Of a stretch of 32,000 nt of DNA, positions 17,360 to 24,699 are shown piece after piece. Under the pieces are notes generated by a model that saw only the letters and a program-made list of their open reading frames with translations, was not told where the DNA came from and did not search any database. The translations under genes and the position numbers were made by a program. Positions within the stretch are counted from its first letter, which is position 1. Every line of letters starts with the position of its first letter. Source of the stretch: Acinetobacter guerrae (GTDB taxonomy: Bacteria; Pseudomonadota; Gammaproteobacteria; Pseudomonadales; Moraxellaceae); contig NZ_LXGN01000059.1 in assembly GCF_009372255.1 (NCBI RefSeq), positions 4,564 through 36,563 on the forward strand, read 5' to 3'.

Positions 17360-17647
17360 ATGCTTAAAGAACTAATTGAGGCAGGAAAAGAAAGATTTGG
17401 AAGCTATGAAAAACTAGCATGTAGGCTTGATGTATTACCGCCAGTAATTTCAGATTGGAAAGCAGGAAGGAAAAAACCCAACACAATTCAAGTCATGCAA
17501 ATGGCTGAATTTGTTGGGTTTGATCAGTTCCAAACCCTCTGCTTAGTCATGCAAGAAATCGACATGAAAAACGCAGAGCTTTGGAGAAAATGGCGTCCCT
17601 ACGGGGATTCGAACCCCGGTTACCGCCGTGAAAGGGCGATGTCCTAG
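17360..17647 (+). CDS. HTH DNA-binding regulator (Cro/CI/YdaS-like), candidate prophage repressor
   Basis: The 95-aa ORF has an AGAGG RBS and a helix-turn-helix-like segment, SYEKLACRLDVLPPVISDWKAGRKKP. Its last 20 codons and stop lie in attR and the tRNA-Glu sequence. Confidence 0.6.
   Translation: MLKELIEAGKERFGSYEKLACRLDVLPPVISDWKAGRKKPNTIQVMQMAEFVGFDQFQTLCLVMQEIDMKNAELWRKWRPYGDSNPGYRRERAMS
17587..17644. repeat. attR: 58-bp direct repeat (part of the intact tRNA-Glu gene plus AAAA)
   Basis: The sequence is identical to 9038-9095. Confidence 0.95.
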
Positions 17648-17666
17648 GCCTCTAGACGATAGGGAC
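17591..17666 (-). tRNA. tRNA-Glu(UUC): tRNA-Glu (anticodon UUC), 76 nt with encoded CCA
   Basis: The reverse complement is GTCCCTATCGTCTAGAGGCCTAGGACATCGCCCTTTCACGGCGGTAACCGGGGTTCGAATCCCCGTAGGGACGCCA. It folds as a cloverleaf and is near-identical in layout to E. coli tRNA-Glu. Confidence 0.95.
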
Positions 17667-17683
17667 GTTTAGCAGGTGGGCGT

Positions 17684-17712
17684 ATAGTAGGGCGATTTAC
17701 AGGGAGTGTCAA
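17684..17712 (-). promoter_or_regulatory. sigma-70 promoter of tRNA-Glu
   Basis: On the minus strand I read TTGACA, a 17-nt spacer and TACTAT, followed by a GC-rich discriminator (ACGCCC). The -10 element lies about 18 nt upstream of the mature tRNA 5' end. Confidence 0.55.
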
Positions 17713-17898
17713 ATGATTTTTGGAATAAAAAAGACAAAGTAAAATAAGTGTTTAAATTTAGAGCAATACTGAATAGAAAACGAACTATGCATCAATTTGC
17801 TTTAGACTAATGTTAAAAATGATGCGCTTTCAATAATAGCTTAGATCAAGATAAATGCTGTAATTAACAATTTATTTCAAATTGGCAGTAGGTGGGTG

Positions 17899-17926
17899 TT
17901 GCAAATTTATATGAAGCCTGTATATT
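17899..17926 (+). promoter_or_regulatory. candidate sigma-70 promoter for the cold-shock gene (long 5' UTR)
   Basis: TTGCAA, a 16-nt spacer and TATATT would give a leader of about 150 nt. Long leaders are typical of cspA-type genes. Confidence 0.3.
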
Positions 17927-18079
17927 ATACTTGGCAAAAATAGCTTTGTTTCAGTAAATCTCTCATTTCGCAGTTTTATTCATAATCCTTCGTTTGTTTT
18001 AGATATTTTAGTTTCATTGTTTATTTTTTGAGTTAATTCCATGTTGGATCAATGTTTTTAAAAAATAGAGGATTATGGT

Positions 18080-18295
18080 ATGTCAAATAATACTGGTACA
18101 GTTAAATGGTTTAATGAAACTAAAGGTTTTGGTTTCATTCAGGCAGATTCTGGCGAAGATGTGTTTGCACATTATAGCGAAATTTCAAATTCAGGTTTTA
18201 AAACCTTACTAGAAGGCCAACGTGTACAATTTGCTATTGTACAAGGTAAAAAAGGTCTTCAGGCTAGCAATATTACTGTTGTACAAGGTAACTAA
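18080..18295 (+). CDS. cold-shock protein, CspA family
   Basis: [15 protein letters not shown] (RNP1) and DVFAHYS (RNP2) are present in a 71-aa product. Confidence 0.95.
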   Translation: MSNNTGTVKWFNETKGFGFIQADSGEDVFAHYSEISNSGFKTLLEGQRVQFAIVQGKKGLQASNITVVQGN

Positions 18296-18314
18296 GCCTT
18301 AGTTAGATAGTTTT

Positions 18315-18350
18315 TAAAAAAGCCCATAAGTAAATTATGGGCTTTTTTTT
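18315..18350. terminator. bidirectional terminator between csp and the DMT gene
   Basis: AAAAAA-AGCCCATAA-GTAAA-TTATGGGCT-TTTTTTT. Confidence 0.8.
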
Positions 18351-18359
18351 GTTTTGTAA

Positions 18360-19250
18360 TTATGATCTTATCTCAACATTTTGACTAAATTTCCAACACA
18401 TGATTGCTCCAAAACTAACTAGACAGGTTCCCAACCAAAAAGTCCAATGTGGCATGGTTTGAAGTAATAGGCTTGCAAATAAGCTTGATAAAACAGGTGT
18501 AAAATAAGAGGCGAGTAATAAGAATTGAATCTGACCAAATTGTAAGCTTTGATTCCAGTTTTTATAGGCAATGCCAATCATGGTTCCCATAATGATAATA
18601 ATCAACCAGAGTGATGTGGATGGCATTTGCCATGATTGATGCGTAATAAAAAATAAGAGCCATAACGAAATTGCGGTTAAACAAAAAAATAGGGGTACGC
18701 CATTATGACCTTGTGCATATTTCGGAGTCATTACACAGTACATTGACCATAATATTGCCGCAATAAATGCAAGTAGATAAGCAACAGGATTTTTTGTAAT
18801 GATATCTAAAAATAAAGAAAAATTAAAAAAATCAGGATTAATGACGATTCCAAGTCCTATGAGAGAAATTAATATACCTAAAAATGCTGGCAGTCGAAAA
18901 AAAAGCTGTCGATTTAAGTAGGCAAAGAAAAGAGTAAGACTTGGCCATAAATAATTGACCATTGCTAAAATTAACGCTTCTTGACGAGTATGGGATAGAC
19001 CAATTGAACTTAAAAATAGAATTTCATAAAGAACAAAAAAACTGCCACAGAAAATTAAATATTTTTTGGGTAATACAACGGTAAAAGCGCGAGGATTTAA
19101 TAGCACGATGCTGATAGCACTTATGCTATAAAGCAGTGCAATACCAAGTAGGGGTGTCAACTGTTCGGTAACTAACTTTACTCCGCCAACAATGCTTGCC
19201 CAAATTAAAATGGAAGATAAGCCAACTAAATTGGCAGTAATGGGCTTCAT
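18360..19250 (-). CDS. DMT-superfamily (EamA-like) transporter
   Basis: The 296-aa ORF has about 10 hydrophobic segments arranged as two repeated halves. Confidence 0.7.
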   Translation of the reverse strand: MKPITANLVGLSSILIWASIVGGVKLVTEQLTPLLGIALLYSISAISIVLLNPRAFTVVLPKKYLIFCGSFFVLYEILFLSSIGLSHTRQEALILAMVNYLWPSLTLFFAYLNRQLFFRLPAFLGILISLIGLGIVINPDFFNFSLFLDIITKNPVAYLLAFIAAILWSMYCVMTPKYAQGHNGVPLFFCLTAISLWLLFFITHQSWQMPSTSLWLIIIIMGTMIGIAYKNWNQSLQFGQIQFLLLASYFTPVLSSLFASLLLQTMPHWTFWLGTCLVSFGAIMCWKFSQNVEIRS

Positions 19251-19357
19251 TCAACAATACCAACACGAACAATACAATTATTTTAAACAGAAGAATGAGC
19301 AAGAAGACAAATTATTTTTTTAAAGTTATGCACTGCATTAAGTCATAAATATAAAAA

Positions 19358-19438
19358 TGCACCAATATGGTTCGTAATTTTATGTATAAAAATTCCTGAA
19401 AATGAAAATGTCTGAATATGGTGCAATTAAAATTGCAC
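19358..19438. promoter_or_regulatory. candidate NtrC enhancer half-sites upstream of glnA
   Basis: TGCACCAATATGGTTCG lies at 19358-19374. TGGTGCA and TTGCACGC lie within the 18-bp palindrome GTGCAATTAAAATTGCAC at 19421-19438. Both resemble the TGCACC-N5-GGTGCA consensus. Confidence 0.35.
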
Positions 19439-19520
19439 GCAGTATAATAGTCTAGGGATACAGGTTTCTATTTTAATATTCTGCTAAAGAATTCAATAAA
19501 TTAGAATAGTCCTAAAAAGT

Positions 19521-19536
19521 TGGTATGGGAATTGCT
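19521..19536 (+). promoter_or_regulatory. sigma-54 (-24/-12) promoter of glnA
   Basis: TGGTATGGGAATTGCT fits TGGYAYRNNNNTTGCW with exact GG-N10-GC spacing. It lies about 67 nt upstream of the glnA ATG. Confidence 0.65.
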
Positions 19537-19602
19537 TTATATCTGCCAACGACTAACACGCACTTCACAAGTGCAATAATACTTCATTGGAGCATACAGA
19601 GC

Positions 19603-21012
19603 ATGGCGAACAAGGTCCTCGAACTCATCAGAGAAAGTGGCGCTAAATGGGTCGATTTTCGCTTTACGGATACTAAAGGTAAAGAGCAACACGTTACTTA
19701 TCCAGCAGATTCAATTGATGAAGATACATTTGAAGACGGTAAGATGTTCGACGGTTCTTCAATTGCAGGTTGGAAAGGCATTGAAGCATCTGACATGATT
19801 TTACGCCCAGATGCAGAAACTGGTTTTATCGACCCGTTCTTTGCTGAGCCGACAGTGGTTGTGACTTGTGACGTTATTGAGCCTTCAACGGGTCAAGGTT
19901 ATGAACGTGATCCACGTTCGATTGCTCGTCGTGCAGAAGAATATTTAAAATCTACAGGTATTGGCGACACAGCATTTTTTGGTCCAGAACCAGAATTTTT
20001 TGTATTTGACGAAGTGAAATGGGACATTGATATGTCTGGCGCTCGTCATACATTGATCGCTGAAGAAGCTGCATGGTCAACAGGTAAAGACTATGAAGCA
20101 GGTAACTCAGGTCACCGTCCACGTGTTAAAGGGGGTTACTTCCCAGTTCCTCCAGTAGATTCTTCACAAGATATGCGTGCAGAAATGTGTGCAAAAATTG
20201 AAGACATCATGGGTCCTGGTCGTGTAGAAGTACATCACCATGAAGTTGCATCTTGCCAGTTAGAAATTGGTGTAAGTTTCAATACAATGGTTCGTAAAGC
20301 TGACGAAGTACAACAGTTCAAATATGCAGTTTGGAACGTTGCGCATCAGTACGCTAAAACAGCAACCTTTATGCCTAAGCCTATGGTTGGTGATAATGGT
20401 TCTGGTATGCACGTTCATATGTCGATCTCTAAAGATGGCAAGAACTTGTTTGCTGGTGATGAGTACGCTGGTTTGTCAGAAATGGCGCTTTATTTCATCG
20501 GTGGTGTCATCAAGCACGCTCGTGCATTGAATGCAATCACAAACCCATCTACAAACTCTTATAAGCGTTTGGTTCCTCACTTCGAAGCGCCGATTATGCT
20601 TGCTTACTCTGCACGTAACCGTTCAGCGTCTATCCGTATCCCTTATGTGTCTAGCCCGAAAGGTAAGCGTATTGAAGCTCGTTTCCCAGATCCAATGATG
20701 AACCCGTACTTGGGCTTTGCAGCATTGTTGATGGCGGGTATTGATGGGATTCAAAACAAAATCCATCCAGGTGAAGCTGCTGACAAAAACTTGTATGACC
20801 TTCCTCCTGAAGAAGAAGCGAAAATCCCGACAGTTGCTCATAGTCTGGATATGGCGCTTGAAGCATTACAAAATGATCACGAATTCCTTCTTAAAGGTGG
20901 CGTGTTCACTAAAGAAATGTTGGATGCTTACATCGAACTTAAAACTGAAGATGTACGTCGTTTAAATACAACGACTCATCCAGTTGAATTTGATATGTAT
21001 TACAGCTTGTAA
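19603..21012 (+). CDS. glnA: glutamine synthetase type I
   Basis: The 469-aa product runs from [23 protein letters not shown] and contains the motifs [21 protein letters not shown] and the adenylylation-site context [10 protein letters not shown] chose the start at 19603 (GGAG RBS) rather than the track's 19525. Confidence 0.95.
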   Translation: MANKVLELIRESGAKWVDFRFTDTKGKEQHVTYPADSIDEDTFEDGKMFDGSSIAGWKGIEASDMILRPDAETGFIDPFFAEPTVVVTCDVIEPSTGQGYERDPRSIARRAEEYLKSTGIGDTAFFGPEPEFFVFDEVKWDIDMSGARHTLIAEEAAWSTGKDYEAGNSGHRPRVKGGYFPVPPVDSSQDMRAEMCAKIEDIMGPGRVEVHHHEVASCQLEIGVSFNTMVRKADEVQQFKYAVWNVAHQYAKTATFMPKPMVGDNGSGMHVHMSISKDGKNLFAGDEYAGLSEMALYFIGGVIKHARALNAITNPSTNSYKRLVPHFEAPIMLAYSARNRSASIRIPYVSSPKGKRIEARFPDPMMNPYLGFAALLMAGIDGIQNKIHPGEAADKNLYDLPPEEEAKIPTVAHSLDMALEALQNDHEFLLKGGVFTKEMLDAYIELKTEDVRRLNTTTHPVEFDMYYSL

Positions 21013-21025
21013 TCCATTTCGAATT

Positions 21026-21055
21026 AAAAAGCTCGCTTAATGCGGGCTTTTTTTT
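21026..21055 (+). terminator. glnA terminator
   Basis: AAAAAGCTCGC-TTAAT-GCGGGCTTTTTTTT. Confidence 0.75.
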
Positions 21056-21126
21056 ATTGATCTTTTTATGAGTGATAGCATTAGGTTATTAGAGATTTAT
21101 GCTCTAATGCTCAAATTTTAGATATA

Positions 21127-21158
21127 AAAAAACCCGCTTTAATGCTGCGGGCTTTTTT
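21127..21158. terminator. hairpin terminator downstream of tRNA-Asn (bidirectional form)
   Basis: AAAAAACCCGC-TTTAATGCT-GCGGGCTTTTTT. Confidence 0.65.
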
Positions 21159-21163
21159 GTATT

Positions 21164-21239
21164 TGGCTCTCCCACCTGGGCTCGAACCAGGGACCTGCGG
21201 ATTAACAGTCCGTCGCTCTACCGACTGAGCTATGGGAGA
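21164..21239 (-). tRNA. tRNA-Asn(GUU): tRNA-Asn (anticodon GUU), 76 nt with CCA
   Basis: The reverse complement is TCTCCCATAGCTCAGTCGGTAGAGCGACGGACTGTTAATCCGCAGGTCCCTGGTTCGAGCCCAGGTGGGAGAGCCA. The anticodon loop is CTGTTAA. Confidence 0.95.
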
Positions 21240-21475
21240 ATCTGAAAGCGATTATAAGGAGATTTAAAATAGGGTCAAGCCCAATCTGTCATGTTTGCTT
21301 CATTTTAGGTGTGTATGTTCTTTATTTGAACAAATGTTGCCCACAGCATAAAAAACCTTGTACTTTTTTGGACAGCTTGCTATGTTTAAAAGCATCAAGT
21401 GTTTGAACAATTATCAAACCGTGTGGATTTAACCCAACTTGCCAGCACTAAATGGCTAAATCGGAGGGCAGTATT

Positions 21476-21901
21476 ATGCCAATTCTTCATATTCAAGATA
21501 TCTTCTCGCAATTTCAGTACTATCAATCCCATTATCTGGATATTTTGCATGATCCAGAGTTGTACTATCAGCCTGTTTTAGATGCTCATATTCATTTTTC
21601 TATTATTAGTGAAGAAAAAATTTATCTGGGTGATTTATTGCAGCTATGGTTTGGCGATAAATGGACAGAACATCAAGTTAAAGTTCTTGAGGATGCAACT
21701 CACGGGTTATGGGAACAGTTTTCCGAATGTTGGCACAATTCTTTATTTCTTTTCGCTATTGAGCGTAAAGGTTTGTTTGCTGGTACATCTGCATTAGCAT
21801 GGAGTACTGAAGAGCAACAAATTAAAGAAATTACTTTAGAACAGACATTGCCCTATTATTGTCATTATTTAAGTTTAGAACGACCTAAGCGTTATAGTTA
21901 A
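21476..21901 (+). CDS. hypothetical protein (141 aa)
   Basis: A GGAGG RBS lies 8 nt upstream of the ATG at 21476, which is an in-frame internal Met of the track ORF 21452-21901. I recognised no motif. Confidence 0.5.
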   Translation: MPILHIQDIFSQFQYYQSHYLDILHDPELYYQPVLDAHIHFSIISEEKIYLGDLLQLWFGDKWTEHQVKVLEDATHGLWEQFSECWHNSLFLFAIERKGLFAGTSALAWSTEEQQIKEITLEQTLPYYCHYLSLERPKRYS

Positions 21902-21934
21902 TGGGTTGAGATATTTATGGGGGAGCTTTTCTAG

Positions 21935-22618
21935 TTAAAGCTCTGCCACAGAAACATCAAAATTTGTTAGCACGATTTTGGTGGTCGTTGAAATATGATC
22001 TTTGATATGTTGCTGTGCCATTTCAATATCACGTTCAATTACGGCATTTGCAATATTCTGATGTTCTTGCTTTAAATCACGGTCATGCTGGTCAAATACA
22101 GCAGAAAGCCTGCGATAACGTTCATTTTGTACGTTAAGTGTTTTGCGGATATGGTGTAACCAATAACTATCACAAGAAGCAATAAGCGCGTAATGAAAAG
22201 CACTATGCGCTTCTTCCCAGACACTGTCTGTCAACTCAGGGGCATTAACCTGACGTTCAGGTAGGTGATTTAAACGATGTAGGCTTGCAATAATATTAGC
22301 TTCCCAAGATAAATCGCCTTTTTTAATTGCATGTTCAATACAAAGACTTTCTATATGAATACGGGTATTGGCTAGATCCTGTAGATCTTTGGTGGAAATG
22401 GGCGAGACTCGAAAGCCTTTTTGCGCCTCAGAAATAATCAATTCTTCAGATGTTAAACGAGACAATGCCTCACGTACTGCACCGAGTGATGCAGTATATT
22501 TTTCACACAGTTCATTAATTTTTAATTTCGAACCTGGTGCTAATTTACAGGAAAGTATGTCATCCCTGATGCACTGATATGCAAAAGTGGTTTGGCTTAG
22601 AGCTTTTATTTGTTTCAT
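21935..22618 (-). CDS. GntR-family (FadR/FCD-type) transcriptional regulator
   Basis: An N-terminal winged HTH (ILSCKLAPGSKLKINELCEKYTASLGAVREALSRL) is followed by a helical C-terminal domain. The gene is divergent from the catabolic genes. Confidence 0.85.
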   Translation of the reverse strand: MKQIKALSQTTFAYQCIRDDILSCKLAPGSKLKINELCEKYTASLGAVREALSRLTSEELIISEAQKGFRVSPISTKDLQDLANTRIHIESLCIEHAIKKGDLSWEANIIASLHRLNHLPERQVNAPELTDSVWEEAHSAFHYALIASCDSYWLHHIRKTLNVQNERYRRLSAVFDQHDRDLKQEHQNIANAVIERDIEMAQQHIKDHISTTTKIVLTNFDVSVAEL

Positions 22619-22777
22619 TGGCTATAGCTTCCCTGTCTGTGTAATTGAAGTATACGAAAAAAATTCTGAGATATAAATATTTTTTAAAAAAATATATTTT
22701 TATATTGAAAAAATATATTTTTGGATTATATTGGAATCATGAACAGTTTTTAATCGATATATACAGGGAGTAAAGCC

Positions 22778-23635
22778 ATGCGTTTTTTAAGTTATATGCA
22801 GGCAGGTAAAAAGGGATTAGCCATTCGAGTGGATGATCAACTTATAGGTTTAAATGAATCAGAAGCACACTATCCAGGATCATTAGGACAATTGTTGCAA
22901 CAGGGACAAACAGCCTTAACCGATGCCGCAGAAGTTTTAAAACAGGGAAATATCATTCAGTTAGAAAACGTCGAATTGCTACCGCCATTAAATCAACCTC
23001 CTAAAATTATTTGTGTAGGTTTAAATTATGCCGACCATACCAAAGAATCACCTTATGAGCAGCCTGATTATCCCACTTTGTTTTCTAGATTTAACTCTAG
23101 TCTGATTGCGGATGGTCAACCGATAAAGCGCCCTTTGTGCTCGGAACAACTGGATTATGAGGGTGAATTAGTCGCAATTATTGGTAAGCGCGGTCGTCAT
23201 ATTGCAAAAGAAGATGCACTGGATTATGTCGCGGGTTATTCAATATTTAATGATGCTTCAATTCGTGATTATCAGTTTAAAGCACCGCAATGGACGGTCG
23301 GTAAAAACTTTGATGATACAGGTGCATTTGGGCCAGAGTTTGTGACTGCGGATGAATTACCCGCAGGTGCTAAAGGCTTATTACTTACTACACGGCTAAA
23401 TGGCAAAGTGGTGCAACAGGCCAATACCAGTGACATGCTTTTTGATATTGAAACTTTAATTAGTACGATTAGTGAAGCCATTACGCTTGAGCCAGGTGAT
23501 TTGATTGTTTCTGGTACTCCTGCGGGTGTGGGTTTAGGTCATAAACCGCCTTTGTGGATGAAACAGGGTGATGTGTGTGAAGTCGAGATCGAGAAAATTG
23601 GAATACTACGCTCACCTATTGTGAATGAAAGCTAG
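22778..23635 (+). CDS. fumarylacetoacetate hydrolase (FAH) family protein
   Basis: The motifs IICVGLNYADH, DYEGELVAIIGK, TVGKNFD and SGTPAGVG are typical of the FAH/HpcE-like fold. An AGGGAG RBS is present. Confidence 0.85.
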   Translation: MRFLSYMQAGKKGLAIRVDDQLIGLNESEAHYPGSLGQLLQQGQTALTDAAEVLKQGNIIQLENVELLPPLNQPPKIICVGLNYADHTKESPYEQPDYPTLFSRFNSSLIADGQPIKRPLCSEQLDYEGELVAIIGKRGRHIAKEDALDYVAGYSIFNDASIRDYQFKAPQWTVGKNFDDTGAFGPEFVTADELPAGAKGLLLTTRLNGKVVQQANTSDMLFDIETLISTISEAITLEPGDLIVSGTPAGVGLGHKPPLWMKQGDVCEVEIEKIGILRSPIVNES

Positions 23636-23727
23636 TCATTAAGAAATGAGCTAAACAAGACGGTGTTATTCGGCTCAAATCTAGAGAGAAAGTAAGGACT
23701 ACTTTTGATGACCTAAAGAGGATTGCA

Positions 23728-24651
23728 ATGAAAACTACATCAGATACACAACGTCCTTTTGGAATCCATTCTGTTGATCATTTTTATATTGATGTTCCAG
23801 ATTTGGCTGTTGCTCATAAGTTTTATCAAGATTTTGGTTTACGGGTTGAACAACAGGCAGATCGTCTGCTTTTAAGAACCTTTCAGGATGAACATATTTG
23901 GGCCTATATCGGACAGGGTGATAAAAAAATTCTGCGCGAGATTTGTTTTGGTGCTTATCAACAAGATATTGAAGATCTGAAGCACAGAATCTTGGCAGAG
24001 AATTTACCTGTTATAGAACATGCTCAAGGTTTTTCATTTCATGATCTGGATGGTGTTTTGGTCGATGTTCGTATCGCTGAAAAAGTTACACCTGATAGCA
24101 AAAAACCAGTGACTTGTGCTGAAGCACATGCGGGCGAGCGTGGAGCCAATTATCGGCGTTTAACGACACAGGTTAGACCGCAGCGTTTATCACATATTTT
24201 ATTATTTACTTCGGATTTAGCTCGAACAATTGATTTTTATCATCGTACGCTTGGTTTAAATTTGTCTGATTATTCGGAAGGGATTGTGGCATTTATGCAT
24301 GCTCCGCATGGTGCCGATCATCATACGGTTGCTTTCGCTCAGTCTACAGCAGCAGGCTTTCATCATTGTAGTTGGGATGTCGCTTCGCTTGAAGAAGTTG
24401 GGCTTGGTGCGATGCAAATGTTTGCTGAGGGTTGGGATCGTGGTTGGGGAGTAGGTCGACACGTATTGGGTTCAAACTATTTTTACTATGTACGTGATCC
24501 ATGGGGAAGTTATTGTGAATATTCCTATGACATTGACTATATCCCCGCAGGTTTCGAGTGGCCTGCCGCCAATCATGACCCCGAAGATTCTTTGTATTTA
24601 TGGGGGCCAAATGTCCCTGAAGATTTTGTTGTGAATTACGAAATTAATTAA
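23728..24651 (+). CDS. type I extradiol ring-cleavage dioxygenase (VOC superfamily, catechol 2,3-dioxygenase-like)
   Basis: The 307-aa product has two VOC modules, with HILLFTSDL...FYHRTLGL...HHTVAF...GFHHCSWDV...GVGRHVLGSNYFYYVRDPWG..CEY. Confidence 0.8.
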   Translation: MKTTSDTQRPFGIHSVDHFYIDVPDLAVAHKFYQDFGLRVEQQADRLLLRTFQDEHIWAYIGQGDKKILREICFGAYQQDIEDLKHRILAENLPVIEHAQGFSFHDLDGVLVDVRIAEKVTPDSKKPVTCAEAHAGERGANYRRLTTQVRPQRLSHILLFTSDLARTIDFYHRTLGLNLSDYSEGIVAFMHAPHGADHHTVAFAQSTAAGFHHCSWDVASLEEVGLGAMQMFAEGWDRGWGVGRHVLGSNYFYYVRDPWGSYCEYSYDIDYIPAGFEWPAANHDPEDSLYLWGPNVPEDFVVNYEIN

Positions 24652-24699
24652 ATCGTTACAAACCAAATTATCGCTCGGTATGAGAAATGGAGTTTCATC

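Larger units (their letters stand above)
9038..17644 (-). mobile_element. integrated filamentous (inovirus-type) prophage in tRNA-Glu, with both att repeats included
   Basis: Exact 58-bp direct repeats sit at both ends. Between them lie an integrase, Rep, a coat precursor, pIII-like and pVI-like proteins and Zot/pI. The genes are compact, on one strand and translationally coupled. Confidence 0.85.

Noticed and set aside
9038-17644. XerCD/dif-type attachment site at the prophage ends
   Set aside because: I did not recognise a dif-like 28-mer at either junction. The junctions are fully explained by the 58-bp tRNA-Glu duplication and the resident tyrosine integrase.
19525-19602. 26-codon N-terminal extension of glnA in the ORF track
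   Set aside because: It overlaps the sigma-54 promoter, and the conserved GlnA N-terminus (MANKVLELI...) with a GGAG RBS starts at 19603.
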